Assembly (NCBI GenBank): GCA_963422615.1
Contig: OY730414.1
Coordinates: forward strand, 1,906,302-1,970,301
Reading direction: 5' to 3'
DNA from: Longimicrobiales bacterium
GTDB lineage: Bacteria > Gemmatimonadota > Gemmatimonadetes > Longimicrobiales > Gaopeijiaceae
Length of the DNA: 64,000 nucleotides
The notes below the pieces were generated by a model. That model saw only the letters and a list, made by a program, of their open reading frames with translations. It was not told where the DNA came from and made no database searches. The number at the start of each line of letters is the position of its first letter. Within the stretch, counting starts at the first letter, position 1. The translations under genes were made by a program, and so were the position numbers. Below, one piece after another: positions 38,385-52,200 of the stretch.

Positions 38385-39827
38385 ATGGTGCATTCCCTCT
38401 TCCGCCCCGAACGGCGGGTACGGGCAAGAGCCCCCGGACGATGGGCCACCGCCTGCGGGGTGGCCCTGTTTGCGGCGGCGTGCGGCTCCAGTACGCTGGC
38501 GGAAGCTGACGGACGCCGCTTCAATGTCGAAGACGCCGCCCGGCTGATCGCCAGCCATAGCAGCATTCCCGGAGACACCCAGGTGGTTCGGGTCGTCGCC
38601 GAGCTCTGGGTGGACTACACCCTTCTCGCCAACCACCTCCGCTTCGACTCCTCCCTCCGGTCCCTGGATGTGGGCCCCCTTGTTCGGCTGCCCCTGGAGG
38701 AAGGCATGCTGGCTCGCTTGAGCCAAGAAGTGGTCCAGGCCGACACGGTCGTGAGCGACGAAGAGTTGATGGAACGGTTCGCAGCGGACATGCCGGGTGC
38801 CCGGGCCACCGCGTCCCAGATCCTGGTTCCCCTCCCCGGAAGGGCGACGGCGCGTCAGAGAGACAGCGCCTTCGCCGTTGCGCAAGGGTTGCGGGGACGG
38901 GTCGTCGCGGGTGAGGATTTCGGCACCCTCGCGGCCCGGCACAGTGGCGATCCGGGAAGCGCCCGGCGAGGCGGACGTTTGGGAACTTTCGAACGGGGCC
39001 AAATGCTCGGGCCCGTGGACGAGGCGGTCTTTCGCCTGCAGCCGGGAGATCTGAGCGACCCGGTTGAATCCGTGCTGGGGTACCATATCCTGCGCCTGGA
39101 TGCCCTCGAGGTTCCCGACCTCGCGGACGTCGGAGATGCGTTTCGTGGCCAGATCCAGCGGGAGCGACTGGCCGAAGCCGAGGCCGCCTATATCATGGTT
39201 CTTGACTCCGCCGCCGGACTTACGCTTGCCGACAACGCGCTCACGATCACCCGGGCCCTGGCGGAAACGTCCCCCTCCCACCTGCCGAAGCGGGCTGCTG
39301 GGCGGCCCCTGCTCACCTGGATGGGCGGCGCCTATACGGCAGGCGATTTCATGACCCTGATCCGTTACTCCCCAGAGGGGATCGTGGGACAAGTGGCAGC
39401 GGCGACGGACGAGGAGCTGGAAGCCCAGCTGAGGCGCCTGGGCAGGCAGGCACTGTTGATCGAAGAGGCTCGGGCGCGGGGGCTCGCACCCTCGGAGGTC
39501 CGGGCGGATTCGGTAGCCGAAGCGACCCGGTCGGCGATCCGGGAGCGGGCGCGAATCCTCAGCCTCATGCCCCCAAGGTCCGGCGCGGACCCGGGGGAAC
39601 CGGAGGGCATGGACCCGGCATCGGAAGGGTTGGAGGGTACCGCCGGGGTTGCGCAGACCGCCCAAGCCCGGGTCGAAGCGGCGCTCATCCGGATCGTTTC
39701 CGGCCAACAGGAGATCGTCCCCCTTGGCAACGTTACTTTTCTTCTGAGAAATCAAGGTCCCTGGCGTATCAACCAAGCCCGGATCGAAGTTACCGTTGAG
39801 CGGGTCCGGGCCCTCCGATCGCCTTGA
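38385..39827 (+). CDS. Parvulin-type peptidyl-prolyl isomerase (PrsA/PpiD-like lipoprotein)
   Basis: Lipobox-like [32 protein letters not shown]. Confidence 0.8.
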   Translation: MVHSLFRPERRVRARAPGRWATACGVALFAAACGSSTLAEADGRRFNVEDAARLIASHSSIPGDTQVVRVVAELWVDYTLLANHLRFDSSLRSLDVGPLVRLPLEEGMLARLSQEVVQADTVVSDEELMERFAADMPGARATASQILVPLPGRATARQRDSAFAVAQGLRGRVVAGEDFGTLAARHSGDPGSARRGGRLGTFERGQMLGPVDEAVFRLQPGDLSDPVESVLGYHILRLDALEVPDLADVGDAFRGQIQRERLAEAEAAYIMVLDSAAGLTLADNALTITRALAETSPSHLPKRAAGRPLLTWMGGAYTAGDFMTLIRYSPEGIVGQVAAATDEELEAQLRRLGRQALLIEEARARGLAPSEVRADSVAEATRSAIRERARILSLMPPRSGADPGEPEGMDPASEGLEGTAGVAQTAQARVEAALIRIVSGQQEIVPLGNVTFLLRNQGPWRINQARIEVTVERVRALRSP

Positions 39828-39870
39828 GACACCCCCGACCCCCAAGCACCCGAGGCCCTGGGCACCCGTC

Positions 39871-41223
39871 ATGAACGCTGCCTTCCCCGTCCGATCCACG
39901 CCTTGGCCGACGCCTTTCCCGGCCTGTCTCCTGATCGCACTTCTCCTGCCCTTCTCCCCCGGAGCTCTGCAAAGCCAAGAGAGGCAGGTGGACCGGGTCG
40001 TGGCGGTTGTGGGAGATTCGGCGGTCCTGCTGTCCCAGCTGCTTCAGCAAGAAAACGAACGGCGGGCCCAGGGGCTTCCCGTCCCCCGGGAAGGAACTCC
40101 GCAGCGGAACGACTTTCTTCAAGAGATACTTGACGAACTGGTGAGCAACCAGCTCCTGCTTCAGGCGGCAATCCAGGATACCCTTTTGGAGGTGGACGAC
40201 ACTCGAGTGGAAGAATCCCTTCAGGAACGCATTACCCAGATCGAAAGCAGCTTCGGAGGCAGAGCCGAGATGGAACGGACGCTTCGGCAGGAAGGGCTTT
40301 CGCTCCAGAGCTACCGGGAAATGATCCGGGATCAGATTGGCCAGCAGCAGCTGATCGGCCTGTACATCGCCCGCCACGGCGGCGACCGTGCCGTTGAAGT
40401 CACCGAAGAGGAAATGCGAGCCTTCTTTCAGGCTGAGCAGGGATTTCTTCAGGATCGTCCCGCCACGATCACCTTCAAGCAGGTCGTCCTCACCGTTGCT
40501 CCCTCCGATTCGGCTGTGGCGGAGGCCCGGGCCAGGATCGAAGGGCTTCTGGCGCGCGCCCGGGCCGGAGAGGACTTCGGCGAGCTAGCCACGGAGCACT
40601 CCGACGACCCGGGGTCCGCCCAGGCCGGAGGCGACCTGGGCTGGTTCCGACGGGGGAGCTTCGCCGAGGCGTTCGAGGAAGCGGCCTTCCGTCTGCTTGC
40701 GGGGGAGGTCAGCGAGGTGGTGGAGACCCCCTTCGGGTTCCACATCATCCGGGTGGAGCGGGTGCGCTTCGCGGAGCGACAGGCCAGACACATTCTGATC
40801 CGCCCGCGGATCGAAGCCGCCGACATCGACCGAACCCGCCAGCTAGCCGAGGCGCTCGGGGTCCGGGCTCAAGGCGAAGACTTCCAGGCCCTGATTGACG
40901 AGCATCACAACCCCTTTGTTTTCCCCTTCCGAGCCGACTCCGCGACCGTCCCTCAGGCGCAGATGGGCGAGATGTTGCCACCCGCCTACGTGACCGCCTT
41001 GGCCAACCGATCGGCGGGGGAGGTCGTGGGTCCGGTTCGTTTCGCCTTTCGGGGCGAGGAGCACTTTGCCCTGGTGAAGATCCTGGAGCTCCGGGATGCA
41101 GGCGCGTACATCTTCGAAGACCTGGAGCCTCAGATCCGGACCAGCCTGATGCGGCAGAAGCGGATTGAAGCCCTGGTCGCGGATCTCCGGTCCAAGACCT
41201 ACGTCAAGCTCCAGGTCAACTGA
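39871..41223 (+). CDS. surA: SurA-like chaperone/PPIase
   Basis: [41 protein letters not shown]; precedes pdxA. Confidence 0.85.
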   Translation: MNAAFPVRSTPWPTPFPACLLIALLLPFSPGALQSQERQVDRVVAVVGDSAVLLSQLLQQENERRAQGLPVPREGTPQRNDFLQEILDELVSNQLLLQAAIQDTLLEVDDTRVEESLQERITQIESSFGGRAEMERTLRQEGLSLQSYREMIRDQIGQQQLIGLYIARHGGDRAVEVTEEEMRAFFQAEQGFLQDRPATITFKQVVLTVAPSDSAVAEARARIEGLLARARAGEDFGELATEHSDDPGSAQAGGDLGWFRRGSFAEAFEEAAFRLLAGEVSEVVETPFGFHIIRVERVRFAERQARHILIRPRIEAADIDRTRQLAEALGVRAQGEDFQALIDEHHNPFVFPFRADSATVPQAQMGEMLPPAYVTALANRSAGEVVGPVRFAFRGEEHFALVKILELRDAGAYIFEDLEPQIRTSLMRQKRIEALVADLRSKTYVKLQVN

Positions 41224-41228
41224 TCCGT

Positions 41229-42365
41229 TTGGTGGACGGCGCAGGATCGACGGAACGGGTACGGCTGGCCATCACCCTGGGCGACCCTCGAGGAATCGGG
41301 CCGGAGGTGGCGGAAAAGGCCATCGCGGCCACGCAAGGGGGTGGGTACACGGCCCTGGTGATCGGGCCGGAGGCGTTCCGGGCAACATTTGCGAACCTCG
41401 CCGAGGGGGTCACCTTCGAGGCCGTGGACGGTGGCAACGTCAACCTGTCTCCGGGAAGAGCGGCGGGCTTGGCGATAGAGGGCGCCGCGAAACTGGCGCT
41501 TGGAGGTGAAATGGACGCGGTGGTCACGGCACCGATCCACAAACCGGGGCTTGCTCGAGCGGGCTACCTCCCGGGTCACACCGAGATGCTGACGGCGCTG
41601 TCCGGTGCTACGGAGACGGGGATGCTGATGTGCGACGAAGGCACGGGTGAACCGTGGGGTCCTCCCAAGGGAGTTCCCGGAGACGCGGGGGCGGAACCGG
41701 ATTCCGAGGGCGAGGACGACGCCATGCCGGGGAACGGAAGTGGGAATCCAGGCAGAACCGAAGCAGGGCGGCGACGCGCCGTAGATCCCGTACCGTGGCA
41801 AAGGGCTTCTCGGACGCCCAAGCGCGTCCTTCTCGCAACGATACACGTCCCGTTGGCCCGGGTGCCCGAACTGGTGACCGTGGAGCTTCTTGTCTCCCAG
41901 ACCCGGTTGCTGGCCGCCGCATTAAACTCGAGCTGGGGGCTGAAGGAACCCAGGATCGCCCTTTGCGCCCTCAACCCCCACGCGTCGGACGGCGGCCTGT
42001 TCGGTTGCGAAGAACGGGATGTATATGCTCCCGCCCTGGCCGCGCTGGCCGGATTACCCGGGTCCGTGAAGGGCCCCCTGCCCGCCGACACGGTGTTTGC
42101 CCGAGCCTTCGGCGGGGAATTCGACGCCGTTGTCGCCCCCTATCACGACGTGGGAATGGCCGCATTCAAGACGGCGGCTTTTGGCCGGGGGGTCAACGTG
42201 ACCCTCGGCCTGCCCTTCGTGCGCACATCTCCCGATCACGGAACTGCCTTCGACATTGCCGGACGGAACGCGGCCGACCCATCCTCCATGATCCAGGCCA
42301 TCCGGCTGGCCGCGCGGCTGGCCCATCCGTCTCGAACGCAATGGCGACGGAGGGGGTCGTGGTAG
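41229..42365 (+). CDS. pdxA: 4-hydroxythreonine-4-phosphate dehydrogenase with internal insertion
   Basis: ITLGDPRGIGPE, TAPIHK, PGHTE, NPHA, YHD, RTSPDHGTAFDIAG. Confidence 0.92.
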   Translation: MVDGAGSTERVRLAITLGDPRGIGPEVAEKAIAATQGGGYTALVIGPEAFRATFANLAEGVTFEAVDGGNVNLSPGRAAGLAIEGAAKLALGGEMDAVVTAPIHKPGLARAGYLPGHTEMLTALSGATETGMLMCDEGTGEPWGPPKGVPGDAGAEPDSEGEDDAMPGNGSGNPGRTEAGRRRAVDPVPWQRASRTPKRVLLATIHVPLARVPELVTVELLVSQTRLLAAALNSSWGLKEPRIALCALNPHASDGGLFGCEERDVYAPALAALAGLPGSVKGPLPADTVFARAFGGEFDAVVAPYHDVGMAAFKTAAFGRGVNVTLGLPFVRTSPDHGTAFDIAGRNAADPSSMIQAIRLAARLAHPSRTQWRRRGSW

Positions 42366-43540
42366 GCCGAAGTCCAACCGGAAGACCCACCCCACGTCCG
42401 GCGATCCCCTCCTTTCGGGGGCACGACGAGCTCCGAGCCTCCCTCCGCCGGGCTCTGGAGCGCCACCTCCTGCCGACCACGGTCCTCATCCACGGCATCC
42501 CCGGGTGCGGGAAACAGTCCCTCGCGCTGTGGCTCGCCCGAACCCGCCTCTGCACCGAGCCGGCAAAGCCCTGCGACCACTGCAAGAGCTGCCGGATGGC
42601 GCTCCGGTTGGAGCACCCGGACATCCACTGGTACTTCCCCCTGCCCCGACCGAAGGGCGGCGCTACCAGTCCCAAGAAGCTGGCAGAAGCCCTGGAAGAC
42701 GCTCGCTGCCAGAAGCTGGCCGAATTCCGGGAACACCCCCTCCGCACCGAAGCGGACACCGAAGTAAAGGGAATCTATCTGGCCGCCGTCCTCGCGCTGC
42801 GGCGGCGGGCCCATCAACGGCCGGCGATGGGCGAAGAGCAGCTCTTCGTGATCGGAGACGCCGAGTACCTGGTCCCCCAGGAGGCAAGCCCGGAGGCGGC
42901 CAATGCACTGCTCAAACTGCTGGAAGAACCCCCGAACGGGTGCCTTTTCTTTCTTACTTCCGGCAGGCCGGGCAGACTCTTGGACACGATTCGCTCCCGG
43001 GCCCTCCCCGTCCACCTCCCTCCCCTGCCCATCTCGGACGTGTCGGCGTTTCTGGAACAAGAATGCCGGGTCACCCCCTCCGCGGCGAAGCGGGCGGCGG
43101 TATTGTCCCAGGGGTCCATCGGACGAGCCCTGGGATTCCTGGACGCGGAAGGAATCCACTCGGAGCACCGAAAACGCTCCCTGGAACTGCTCCGGGCGGC
43201 CGTCACCGGGCGGCGGGCGGCCTCTTATGCGATGGCCCTTACCTTTGGGCCGGGCGGCGCTCGGGGGCTGCTAGGCTTGCTGGGGGCCTTGCAGCTGTGG
43301 ATTCGCGACCTGACCGCCGTCGGCCTGGGCTGCGAGGACAAGGTCATCAACACCGGCGAACTGGCGTTTCTGCGAGAAACGGCCCGGCGATTCCCCATCA
43401 CCCCGAGCCATGGAACCCAGGCCGTCGATCGGGTCGAGGATGTCCGGGCCCTCGCCCTGGGAAACGTGAACCCCCAGCTCCTGATTTCCACTCTCCTCGT
43501 GGAACTGGAGAAAACCCTGACCCGAACGGCTCGTTCATGA
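42341..43540 (+). CDS. holB: DNA polymerase III delta' subunit
   Basis: G.PGCGK, zinc module LC...PCDHCKSC, HPD, AANALLKLLEEP, TIRSR. Confidence 0.88.
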   Translation: MATEGVVVGRSPTGRPTPRPAIPSFRGHDELRASLRRALERHLLPTTVLIHGIPGCGKQSLALWLARTRLCTEPAKPCDHCKSCRMALRLEHPDIHWYFPLPRPKGGATSPKKLAEALEDARCQKLAEFREHPLRTEADTEVKGIYLAAVLALRRRAHQRPAMGEEQLFVIGDAEYLVPQEASPEAANALLKLLEEPPNGCLFFLTSGRPGRLLDTIRSRALPVHLPPLPISDVSAFLEQECRVTPSAAKRAAVLSQGSIGRALGFLDAEGIHSEHRKRSLELLRAAVTGRRAASYAMALTFGPGGARGLLGLLGALQLWIRDLTAVGLGCEDKVINTGELAFLRETARRFPITPSHGTQAVDRVEDVRALALGNVNPQLLISTLLVELEKTLTRTARS

Positions 43541-44067
43541 ACGAGCCCAAACGGCGGGCTTCGGCTCCCTCGTTGGAGGTACGCCCGCGCGAACCCCTTA
43601 CCCACTTGGACCCCCACGGCAAAGCGACGATGGTGGACGTCACGGTCAAGACCGTGACCCGCAGGAAGGCCATAGCCCGGGGTGTCCTCCGCTGCTCCCG
43701 AGAAGCATTCCGACTCCTGACAGAGGGCGGAAACCCCAAGGGGGACGTGGAACAGGTCGCTCGGATCGCAGGAATCATGGGCGGCAAGAGAACGGGGGAG
43801 CTCATCCCTCTCTGTCATCTGCTCCCGGCCGTCAGCGTGGACGTGAGGGTTGAACCGGACGCGTCGCTGCCCGGGCTAGAGGTCACGGCCACGGCGTCCA
43901 TCACCGGTCAGACCGGCGTGGAAATGGAGGCACTTACCGCCGTTTCGGTGGCGCTCCTTGCCGGCTACGACATGCTCAAGGCAACCGATCGGGGAATGAC
44001 GATCGAATCGGTTCAACTGGTGGAGAAGTCCGGAGGCCGCTCGGGAGCGTGGCGTCGGGACGAATAG
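43537..44067 (+). CDS. moaC: Cyclic pyranopterin monophosphate synthase
   Basis: LTHLD..G.ATMVDV, KGDV, LIPLCH, TGVEMEAL, YDMLKA, KSGGRSG. Confidence 0.95.
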   Translation: MNEPKRRASAPSLEVRPREPLTHLDPHGKATMVDVTVKTVTRRKAIARGVLRCSREAFRLLTEGGNPKGDVEQVARIAGIMGGKRTGELIPLCHLLPAVSVDVRVEPDASLPGLEVTATASITGQTGVEMEALTAVSVALLAGYDMLKATDRGMTIESVQLVEKSGGRSGAWRRDE

Positions 44068-44104
44068 GCGAAGCGGGGGTGGTGCGCGCCTGCGCGCTTC
44101 CGGA

Positions 44105-45529
44105 TCACTCCTCTTGGCGGCCAAGCGGGGGGATTCGCAGGGTGTCTCCCGGCTGGACCTGGGCGTCTTCGGACAGTTCGTTGTAGCGAAGTAGCCGATC
44201 CACCCCGATGTTGTACCAACTGGCGATCATCCAGAGGCTCTCGCCTCTGGCGAACAAATGGAAGACGTCGTTTGCCTCAAGGGCGGATGGCGGGCCGGAC
44301 CCGACGACATCGGCATCCCTGTCCCTGCGGGCAGACGGCCCGTCAGAGCGGGGAATCACCAGGACCGTGCCGATTCCCAACCGACGGGGTGCGATCCCCG
44401 GGTTCGCACCCAGAAGACCGGCAACCGAAACCCCGTAGATCCGGGCGATGTGGGACAGGGTTTCACCCGCAACAACCCTGTGCTCCGTGAACGTCACCCG
44501 TTCCTCCGGCGGGACCGCGGCAAACCGAGCCGGGAAGGTCCGCCCCAAGCCCGCAGGGAGGCGAATCCGGGTTGATTCGCCCGCCGGCGTAAGTCCCCGA
44601 AGCAGCTGGGGGTTCAACCCTCGGACTTCCTCTTCCGTCGTACCCGCCACCTCGGCCACGACATCCAACGTCGCTGCGCCTTGGACGGTCACAACGTCAA
44701 AGGCCTGGGGTGGGTCCTTGACGTAGCCGGTCAGTCCGATGGCACTGGGGTCGTTGGCCGCGCGGACGGCAGCCAGATATTTGGGGATGAAGTCCCGGGT
44801 CTCGGCGGGAAGTTCGTCCTGGATCCGCAAAAAGAGGGCGTCGTCCCGGGGGCGTCCGTCTCCGTGCTCTTGAATGATCCGCTCCAACCGACCCGGTCCG
44901 CCGTTGTAGGCCGCCAGCGCCAGGAACCAGGAGCCGAACTGCGTGTGCAGTCGGGAGAGATAGTCAACGGCCAAAGGGGTAGCGGCATAGGGATCGAAGC
45001 GCTGGTCAACCACCGCGTTCACCCGGAGGCCGAGCCACCGGGCCGTGGCGGGCATGAACTGCCACAGGCCGCCCGCGCCGGCCGGAGATAGGGCGATGGG
45101 ATAGTAGGAGGCCTCGATGATGGGGAGGTGGCGAAGCGACAGAGGGAGTCCGCGGGCAAGCAACTCGTCAACAACGAAGTCTTCGTACCGTCCCATTCGG
45201 ACGAGGGACCGCTGGAAACTGCCCTGTCCCCTCGTCCGCCAGTAGTTCAGCCACCAGTCGATCCGTTCTTCAATCCCCTCATCCCTCACCCATGGGGAGG
45301 TCAGGATCGCGTCGTCCCTCCCTCCCACGAGCGGGGACACGCTGGGCGCCGGTACTACGGTGCGCTTCCGTGGCGGCTCTTCCTCCTCCACGTCTCTCGC
45401 GTCGCCCTCCCCGGGATACCGAGTATCGGCGGGCAGCGAAGGGGTCGGCGGCGGCGGCGGGGGAAGCTGCCTTGCACACCCGATCAGAAGAAAAAAGACG
45501 AAGACAACAAAGAGGCCTCGGCTCGGCAT
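44105..45529 (-). CDS. MltD-like lytic transglycosylase with LysM domains (lipoprotein)
   Basis: Lipobox LIGC; IIEAS, GLWQFMPATA, AAYNGG, ETRDFIPK; LysM repeats. Confidence 0.88.
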   Translation of the reverse strand: MPSRGLFVVFVFFLLIGCARQLPPPPPPTPSLPADTRYPGEGDARDVEEEEPPRKRTVVPAPSVSPLVGGRDDAILTSPWVRDEGIEERIDWWLNYWRTRGQGSFQRSLVRMGRYEDFVVDELLARGLPLSLRHLPIIEASYYPIALSPAGAGGLWQFMPATARWLGLRVNAVVDQRFDPYAATPLAVDYLSRLHTQFGSWFLALAAYNGGPGRLERIIQEHGDGRPRDDALFLRIQDELPAETRDFIPKYLAAVRAANDPSAIGLTGYVKDPPQAFDVVTVQGAATLDVVAEVAGTTEEEVRGLNPQLLRGLTPAGESTRIRLPAGLGRTFPARFAAVPPEERVTFTEHRVVAGETLSHIARIYGVSVAGLLGANPGIAPRRLGIGTVLVIPRSDGPSARRDRDADVVGSGPPSALEANDVFHLFARGESLWMIASWYNIGVDRLLRYNELSEDAQVQPGDTLRIPPLGRQEE

Positions 45530-45748
45530 GGGGACGGTGGGCAGAGCCCTCCCCGCACCCGGAACGCGCCGCAGGGTCCGTAGACGCGGACGGAACGTTC
45601 CCCCGGGGAACCGCCCCGACGGGTCCGGAAGTCGGTGGGCAGGAAGTGCCGACCCATGCCGTCCGAATCGTTTCGCAGTCGGGTGTAACGGAGTCGGCAC
45701 GGGCTTCCTCCCCGGGTTTTGGTCCGGCGCCGAGCCTGATCCCCACGC

Positions 45749-47637
<1,889 letters not shown>

Positions 47638-47763
47638 GATAAAAGAAAGCCGCAAGAGGGCCGAAAACGCAAGGCGGGGTTATCTTGGAGTTCGTATTGG
47701 GCGCTTCCCGGGCGCCCTTGCTTTTCAGAGCGCTGGACTTGTTCCTCTACGAGGTAGGACTCC

Positions 47764-48606
47764 ATGTCGTCCGCCAGGGAGTATCGCTTCCTACCCCTTC
47801 GAAAGGCTCCTCTCGAGGGGAGCGTGGAACGTCGTTACGACCAGTGGATCGCCCAGCTGGAGGAGGAGCTGGACGACCCAGACACGGACCGCAATGAGTT
47901 TTGCCGACGCGTTCTGGAGGAAATCTACTTTCCCCCGGGGTGGCAGGGAGCCAGGGCCAGAACCGGGGGTGGGTCCCCTGTGCCTCGGATTCTTTTGGAC
48001 CAACTGGACCCTCGAAGCGTCACCCTGGAACCGGAGTATTACTTCGAAACCGACCTGGACCGTTACTATCAGGTCAAGCCCCTCATCTGGCTGTGGGAGA
48101 TGTTCGACAAGAGCCTTCTGGGCGAAAACGTGCGTCTGGGCGTGAAGTTTCGACGCATGCTGGCCAAGCGAATCTTCAGAAGCTGCGGAATGAACTTCAA
48201 GGCGTTCCACTTCGTGAAGTTGACCTTCGGGTATGGATTGGAGGTCGGTGACGACGTGGTCATCCACCGCCACGTCCTGCTGGACGACCGGGGCGGAATC
48301 AAGATCGGGGATGGCGCCTCGATCTCCGACTTCGCAAACGTCTACTCCCACAGTCATCACATCGCCGAAGGGCGGGACGTGCGCACCGCTCGAACCGAAA
48401 TCGGGGACGGGGTGCGGATCGCCTACCACGCCACGGTTCTCGCCGGCACGACCCTGGCCCCCAATTCCATGATCGGCGCCGGGGCCCTGGTGACGCGGGA
48501 CACGGAATCGGACACCGTCTATGTGGGTGTGCCCGCCAAGGCGGTGACGAGGAAGCCGAACCGACGACGACCCCCACCGACCCCGGACCCCTTGGCAGAT
48601 CCTTGA
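47764..48606 (+). CDS. Hexapeptide-repeat (LbH) acyltransferase
   Basis: VGDDVVI, IGDGASI, IGDGVRI, IGAGALVT, VGVPAK. Confidence 0.85.
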   Translation: MSSAREYRFLPLRKAPLEGSVERRYDQWIAQLEEELDDPDTDRNEFCRRVLEEIYFPPGWQGARARTGGGSPVPRILLDQLDPRSVTLEPEYYFETDLDRYYQVKPLIWLWEMFDKSLLGENVRLGVKFRRMLAKRIFRSCGMNFKAFHFVKLTFGYGLEVGDDVVIHRHVLLDDRGGIKIGDGASISDFANVYSHSHHIAEGRDVRTARTEIGDGVRIAYHATVLAGTTLAPNSMIGAGALVTRDTESDTVYVGVPAKAVTRKPNRRRPPPTPDPLADP

Positions 48607-49253
48607 GCCTCGAAAGCCCGGGCCCCGGGGTCCGCGGAGACGATCGGGACGACAATGACGCAGGGGATTTCGGGCGAATCGTCCGCCACGTTCGCGCTGG
48701 AACGGAGGTGCGACGGCGCCTCCCCGAAACGTGCGGGGAGGACATCCTCGCAGCCGCGAAGGCCATCGCCCAAGCGTTACAGGGGGGCAACAAGCTCCTG
48801 CTGTGCGGCAACGGGGGGAGCGCGGCCGACAGCCAGCACATCGCCGCCGAGTTCGTGAGCTCCCTTCGTCCGGGCGATCCTCGACCCGCCCTGCCCGCCC
48901 TAGCCTTGACGACCGACACCTCGTTTCTGACCGCATTTGCCAACGACTTCGACTTCGCAGGGGTTTTCGCGCGGCAGGTACAGGCCCTGGGAACACCCGG
49001 CGACGTTCTCATGGGAATCAGCACCAGCGGCGACTCAGAAAACGTCGTGAAGGCGGCCGCACGCGCAAGAGCGAACGGCATTTTCTCCGTCGGCCTCACC
49101 GGCCGGGACGGCGGCAAACTCGCCGCCCTTTCGGACATCTGCATTCGGGTCCCCAGCGGCCGAACGCAGCTCATCCAGGAGGCTCACATCGCGATCGGGC
49201 ACATCTTGTGCGACCTCGTGGAAGGGTATTGCTCAGCCCGAAGCGGACGGTAG
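48603..49253 (+). CDS. gmhA: D-sedoheptulose-7-phosphate isomerase
   Basis: CGNGGSAADSQH, ISTSGDS.NV, IQEAH. Confidence 0.93.
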   Translation: MSLESPGPGVRGDDRDDNDAGDFGRIVRHVRAGTEVRRRLPETCGEDILAAAKAIAQALQGGNKLLLCGNGGSAADSQHIAAEFVSSLRPGDPRPALPALALTTDTSFLTAFANDFDFAGVFARQVQALGTPGDVLMGISTSGDSENVVKAAARARANGIFSVGLTGRDGGKLAALSDICIRVPSGRTQLIQEAHIAIGHILCDLVEGYCSARSGR

Positions 49254-52200
49254 GCAAAGGAACGCCCCCCGCTCCTCCACCTCCCCTCCTTCGACCATCC
49301 CTCCCAGCACCTGGGCGAATCTCGCCTTCATGACCCGTCCCGTCCTCTTGAACCCCAGGGCCCCACGGGCGTTGCCAATGGCCTCGTCTTCCCCAATTCC
49401 GTGGCTGGCCCGGATGGCATGGCGCAGCGCAAGGGCGATTTCCTCCGGCGCGATCACAGCGGCCCTGAGCATGCCGGCGCAATGACGGAACGTTTTCAGT
49501 TCGTGGCCAGGACGCCACAGAAAATCCCCCTTCTTCAAGAAAGCCCCTTGCCAGGTCCCCAGCCGCACCGCTTCCGCGACCCGCTTCCGATTCTGTTCGG
49601 TCCGACTGACGCCAACGGCCGAAACGATTCGCCCGGCCACCTCGTCGATGTGCACCGGACTCTCGACCCTTACGACTTCTTCGATCCACTTCAGCAGGCG
49701 CGGACGGGCCACTTGGTGGAAATCCAAGCCGTCGAGATGGATTTCCACAAGCGCCATCTCGTAGGGGACAGCGCTCCCTACCCGCTCCTCTTCGATCTTC
49801 GGCCTGACCCGGATCAAGGGTTGGGACCGAGTGGGAGACGGTAGGGATTCGACGCGAGGCAAGCCACCCGACGCTTTTCGGATGGCTTCTTCGGCCCTTT
49901 CCAGCTCCCGAGCCGGATGTCGAAACCAGTCCGTGCTCCAAATCCGGTGGATCCTCCACCCCAACCCCTCCAGGACCTGTTGGCGCAGGCGGTCCCGATC
50001 CCGGGCGGAGCGAGCGCTGTGGTACGCGGCGCCGTCGCATTCAATCCCCAGGAGATACCGCCCGGGCCGCTGGGGGTCCACCACGGCCAAGTCGATGAAA
50101 AAGCCCGCCGAGCCCACTTGATGATCCACCGTGTGGCCTCGGGCCCGCAGGGCCGAAGCCACGGCCTCTTCAAAGGGGGAATCGGCACTCCGGCCGGTGA
50201 CCTCGGGAACGTCCAGTGACCCGGTTTCGGCGTACTTCAGAAAGGTCTTGAGGGCCCGAACCCCCCGGGCGTTCGAACGCTTCAGGTCCAGGTCGTGGGC
50301 GACGAAGTTCGAATGGACCACGCAACGCCGGCGCGCGCGGGTGATCAGGACGTTGAGGCGTCGCTCTCCGCCGTCGCGGTTGAGGGGACCGAAGGCCATG
50401 GACATGTACCCCCCTTTCCGTTTGCCGTAGCCCACGCTAATGAAGATCACGTCCCGCTCGTCCCCCTGAACATTCTCCAGATTCTTGACGAAGAAGGGCT
50501 CTTCGGGGTGAGCACTGAAGAACGCCTCATGGGACAGATTCCTGCGCCTGAGCATCTCGAGCTCGTCTTCAATCCGCCGGGCCTGCGCCAGGCTGAAGGT
50601 CGCAACCCCGAGCGTCAGATACGGATACCGCTCTGCGTGTTCCATGACGGCTTGGGCCACGGCCTTGGCTTCGTCTCGATTGACGCGGCCCCCCGACCCG
50701 GGCTGGTAGTACATTTCCGGCTCGTGGCGCAGCTGGAGTCCGCTGGCCTCCCGTTCCTTGTCCGGACTGGGGAAGACCACGAGACGGTTATCATAGAATT
50801 CGTGGTTCGACACGGCGATCAGGGACTCATGGCGGCTTCGGTAGTGCCAGCGCAGGGTCTTCTCGGGCGCGCCCTGGGCACAGAACATGCCCAGGATGCT
50901 CTCGAGGTCCGCGGTCTCGGACCTCTCTTGGTTTTCGTCTTCCTTCACGCGGTCGAAAAAGGATGTCGGGGGCAGCTGCTTGCTGTCGCCCACCACGACG
51001 GCCTGCCGGGCCCGTAGGATAGCGCCCAGGGCTTCCGCCGGTCGTACCTGGCTGGCCTCGTCGAAGACGACGAGATCAAAGCGAACCGATCCGGGTGGAA
51101 TGTACTTGGCGATGGACAGCGGGCTCATCATGAATACCGGCTTGATCTGCTGGATCGGGTTGCCCGCCTGCACCATGAGCTTGCGCAGAGGAAGGTGGCG
51201 GGTCTTCTTCTCGAACTCCCGCCGCAAGGTGCCCAACTGGCCGCCCCCATGCCCCCGAGGAATGCGGCCCCAGTGGAGCTGAGCGACCCGGCCTTGATCG
51301 TGGCGAAACGCGTCCCGATCCAGCGCGCGGAACCGGTCGATGACCCCCTGGTGCGCACTCCCGTCGAACTCGTTCAGAATGGGACGCTCCCGGAAGGCGC
51401 GCCCGAGCCATGCCTCGTAGGCGTGGCACTCAAAGAGACCGACCAGCTTCGTCCCTGCTGCTTCCCAGTAGGCGGCCACCTCGGCCACGCTCTCCAGGCC
51501 CAGCTCGGCGAGACGTTTCTCGACTTGGCTGAAGCCAACCACATCGTGCAGGGAATCCACCTGCTCCCGCGCAGCATCCAACCAGCGTTCCTCCTCCGAA
51601 AAGGGGCGTTCACCGGGGGCAGAGCCTTCTTGGAACCGGGCGGGGCTCATCTCCAGAACTTGGGCCACAGCGCTGAAGCAGGCCGAATACTCATCCGCCG
51701 AGGCCCGGCACGCCAAGGCGTCGCCTTCAAGCTTCGTCCGGTCGCCATCTCGGTCCAGCAGGTCGTGGACGCACCGGTCAACGGATTCGTTCTCCGTCTC
51801 CCAGTGTAGTTCGAGAAGCCACTTTCCGGTCTCCGCCAACACCCGGTAGGTCGCCCTCTCCCGGTTCAGCCCCAGACCCGGCAAGAGGCTCGAAATGAGT
51901 TCATCGGACTCCCGGATGCCCTCGTCCAGGCGCTGCACCCGAAGGATCGCATCCACCAGGGCCAGCTGCTTTCCCGCCGCCGGAAGACCCTTCTGGCAGA
52001 GCCCGCGCAAGGCGTTGCGGGCCCTTCGATACTCACCTGAGAAGACCCGCCACCACTTGCGCTCGTAGCCGGCCAAGCCGGCCCGGAAGGCCAGTACATT
52101 TGCGCTCCATGCTTCCGGAATGAGCACGGCGTCGTACTCGGAACGGACCCGGGTGATTTCCGCCGCCTTCCGGATCACACCCTCGATCTCGGGAGCCCGG

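Noticed and set aside
41654..43536. Long N-terminal extensions of the holB and moaC ORFs
   Set aside because: Off-frame overlaps with pdxA and holB; conserved motifs begin near 42341 and 43537.
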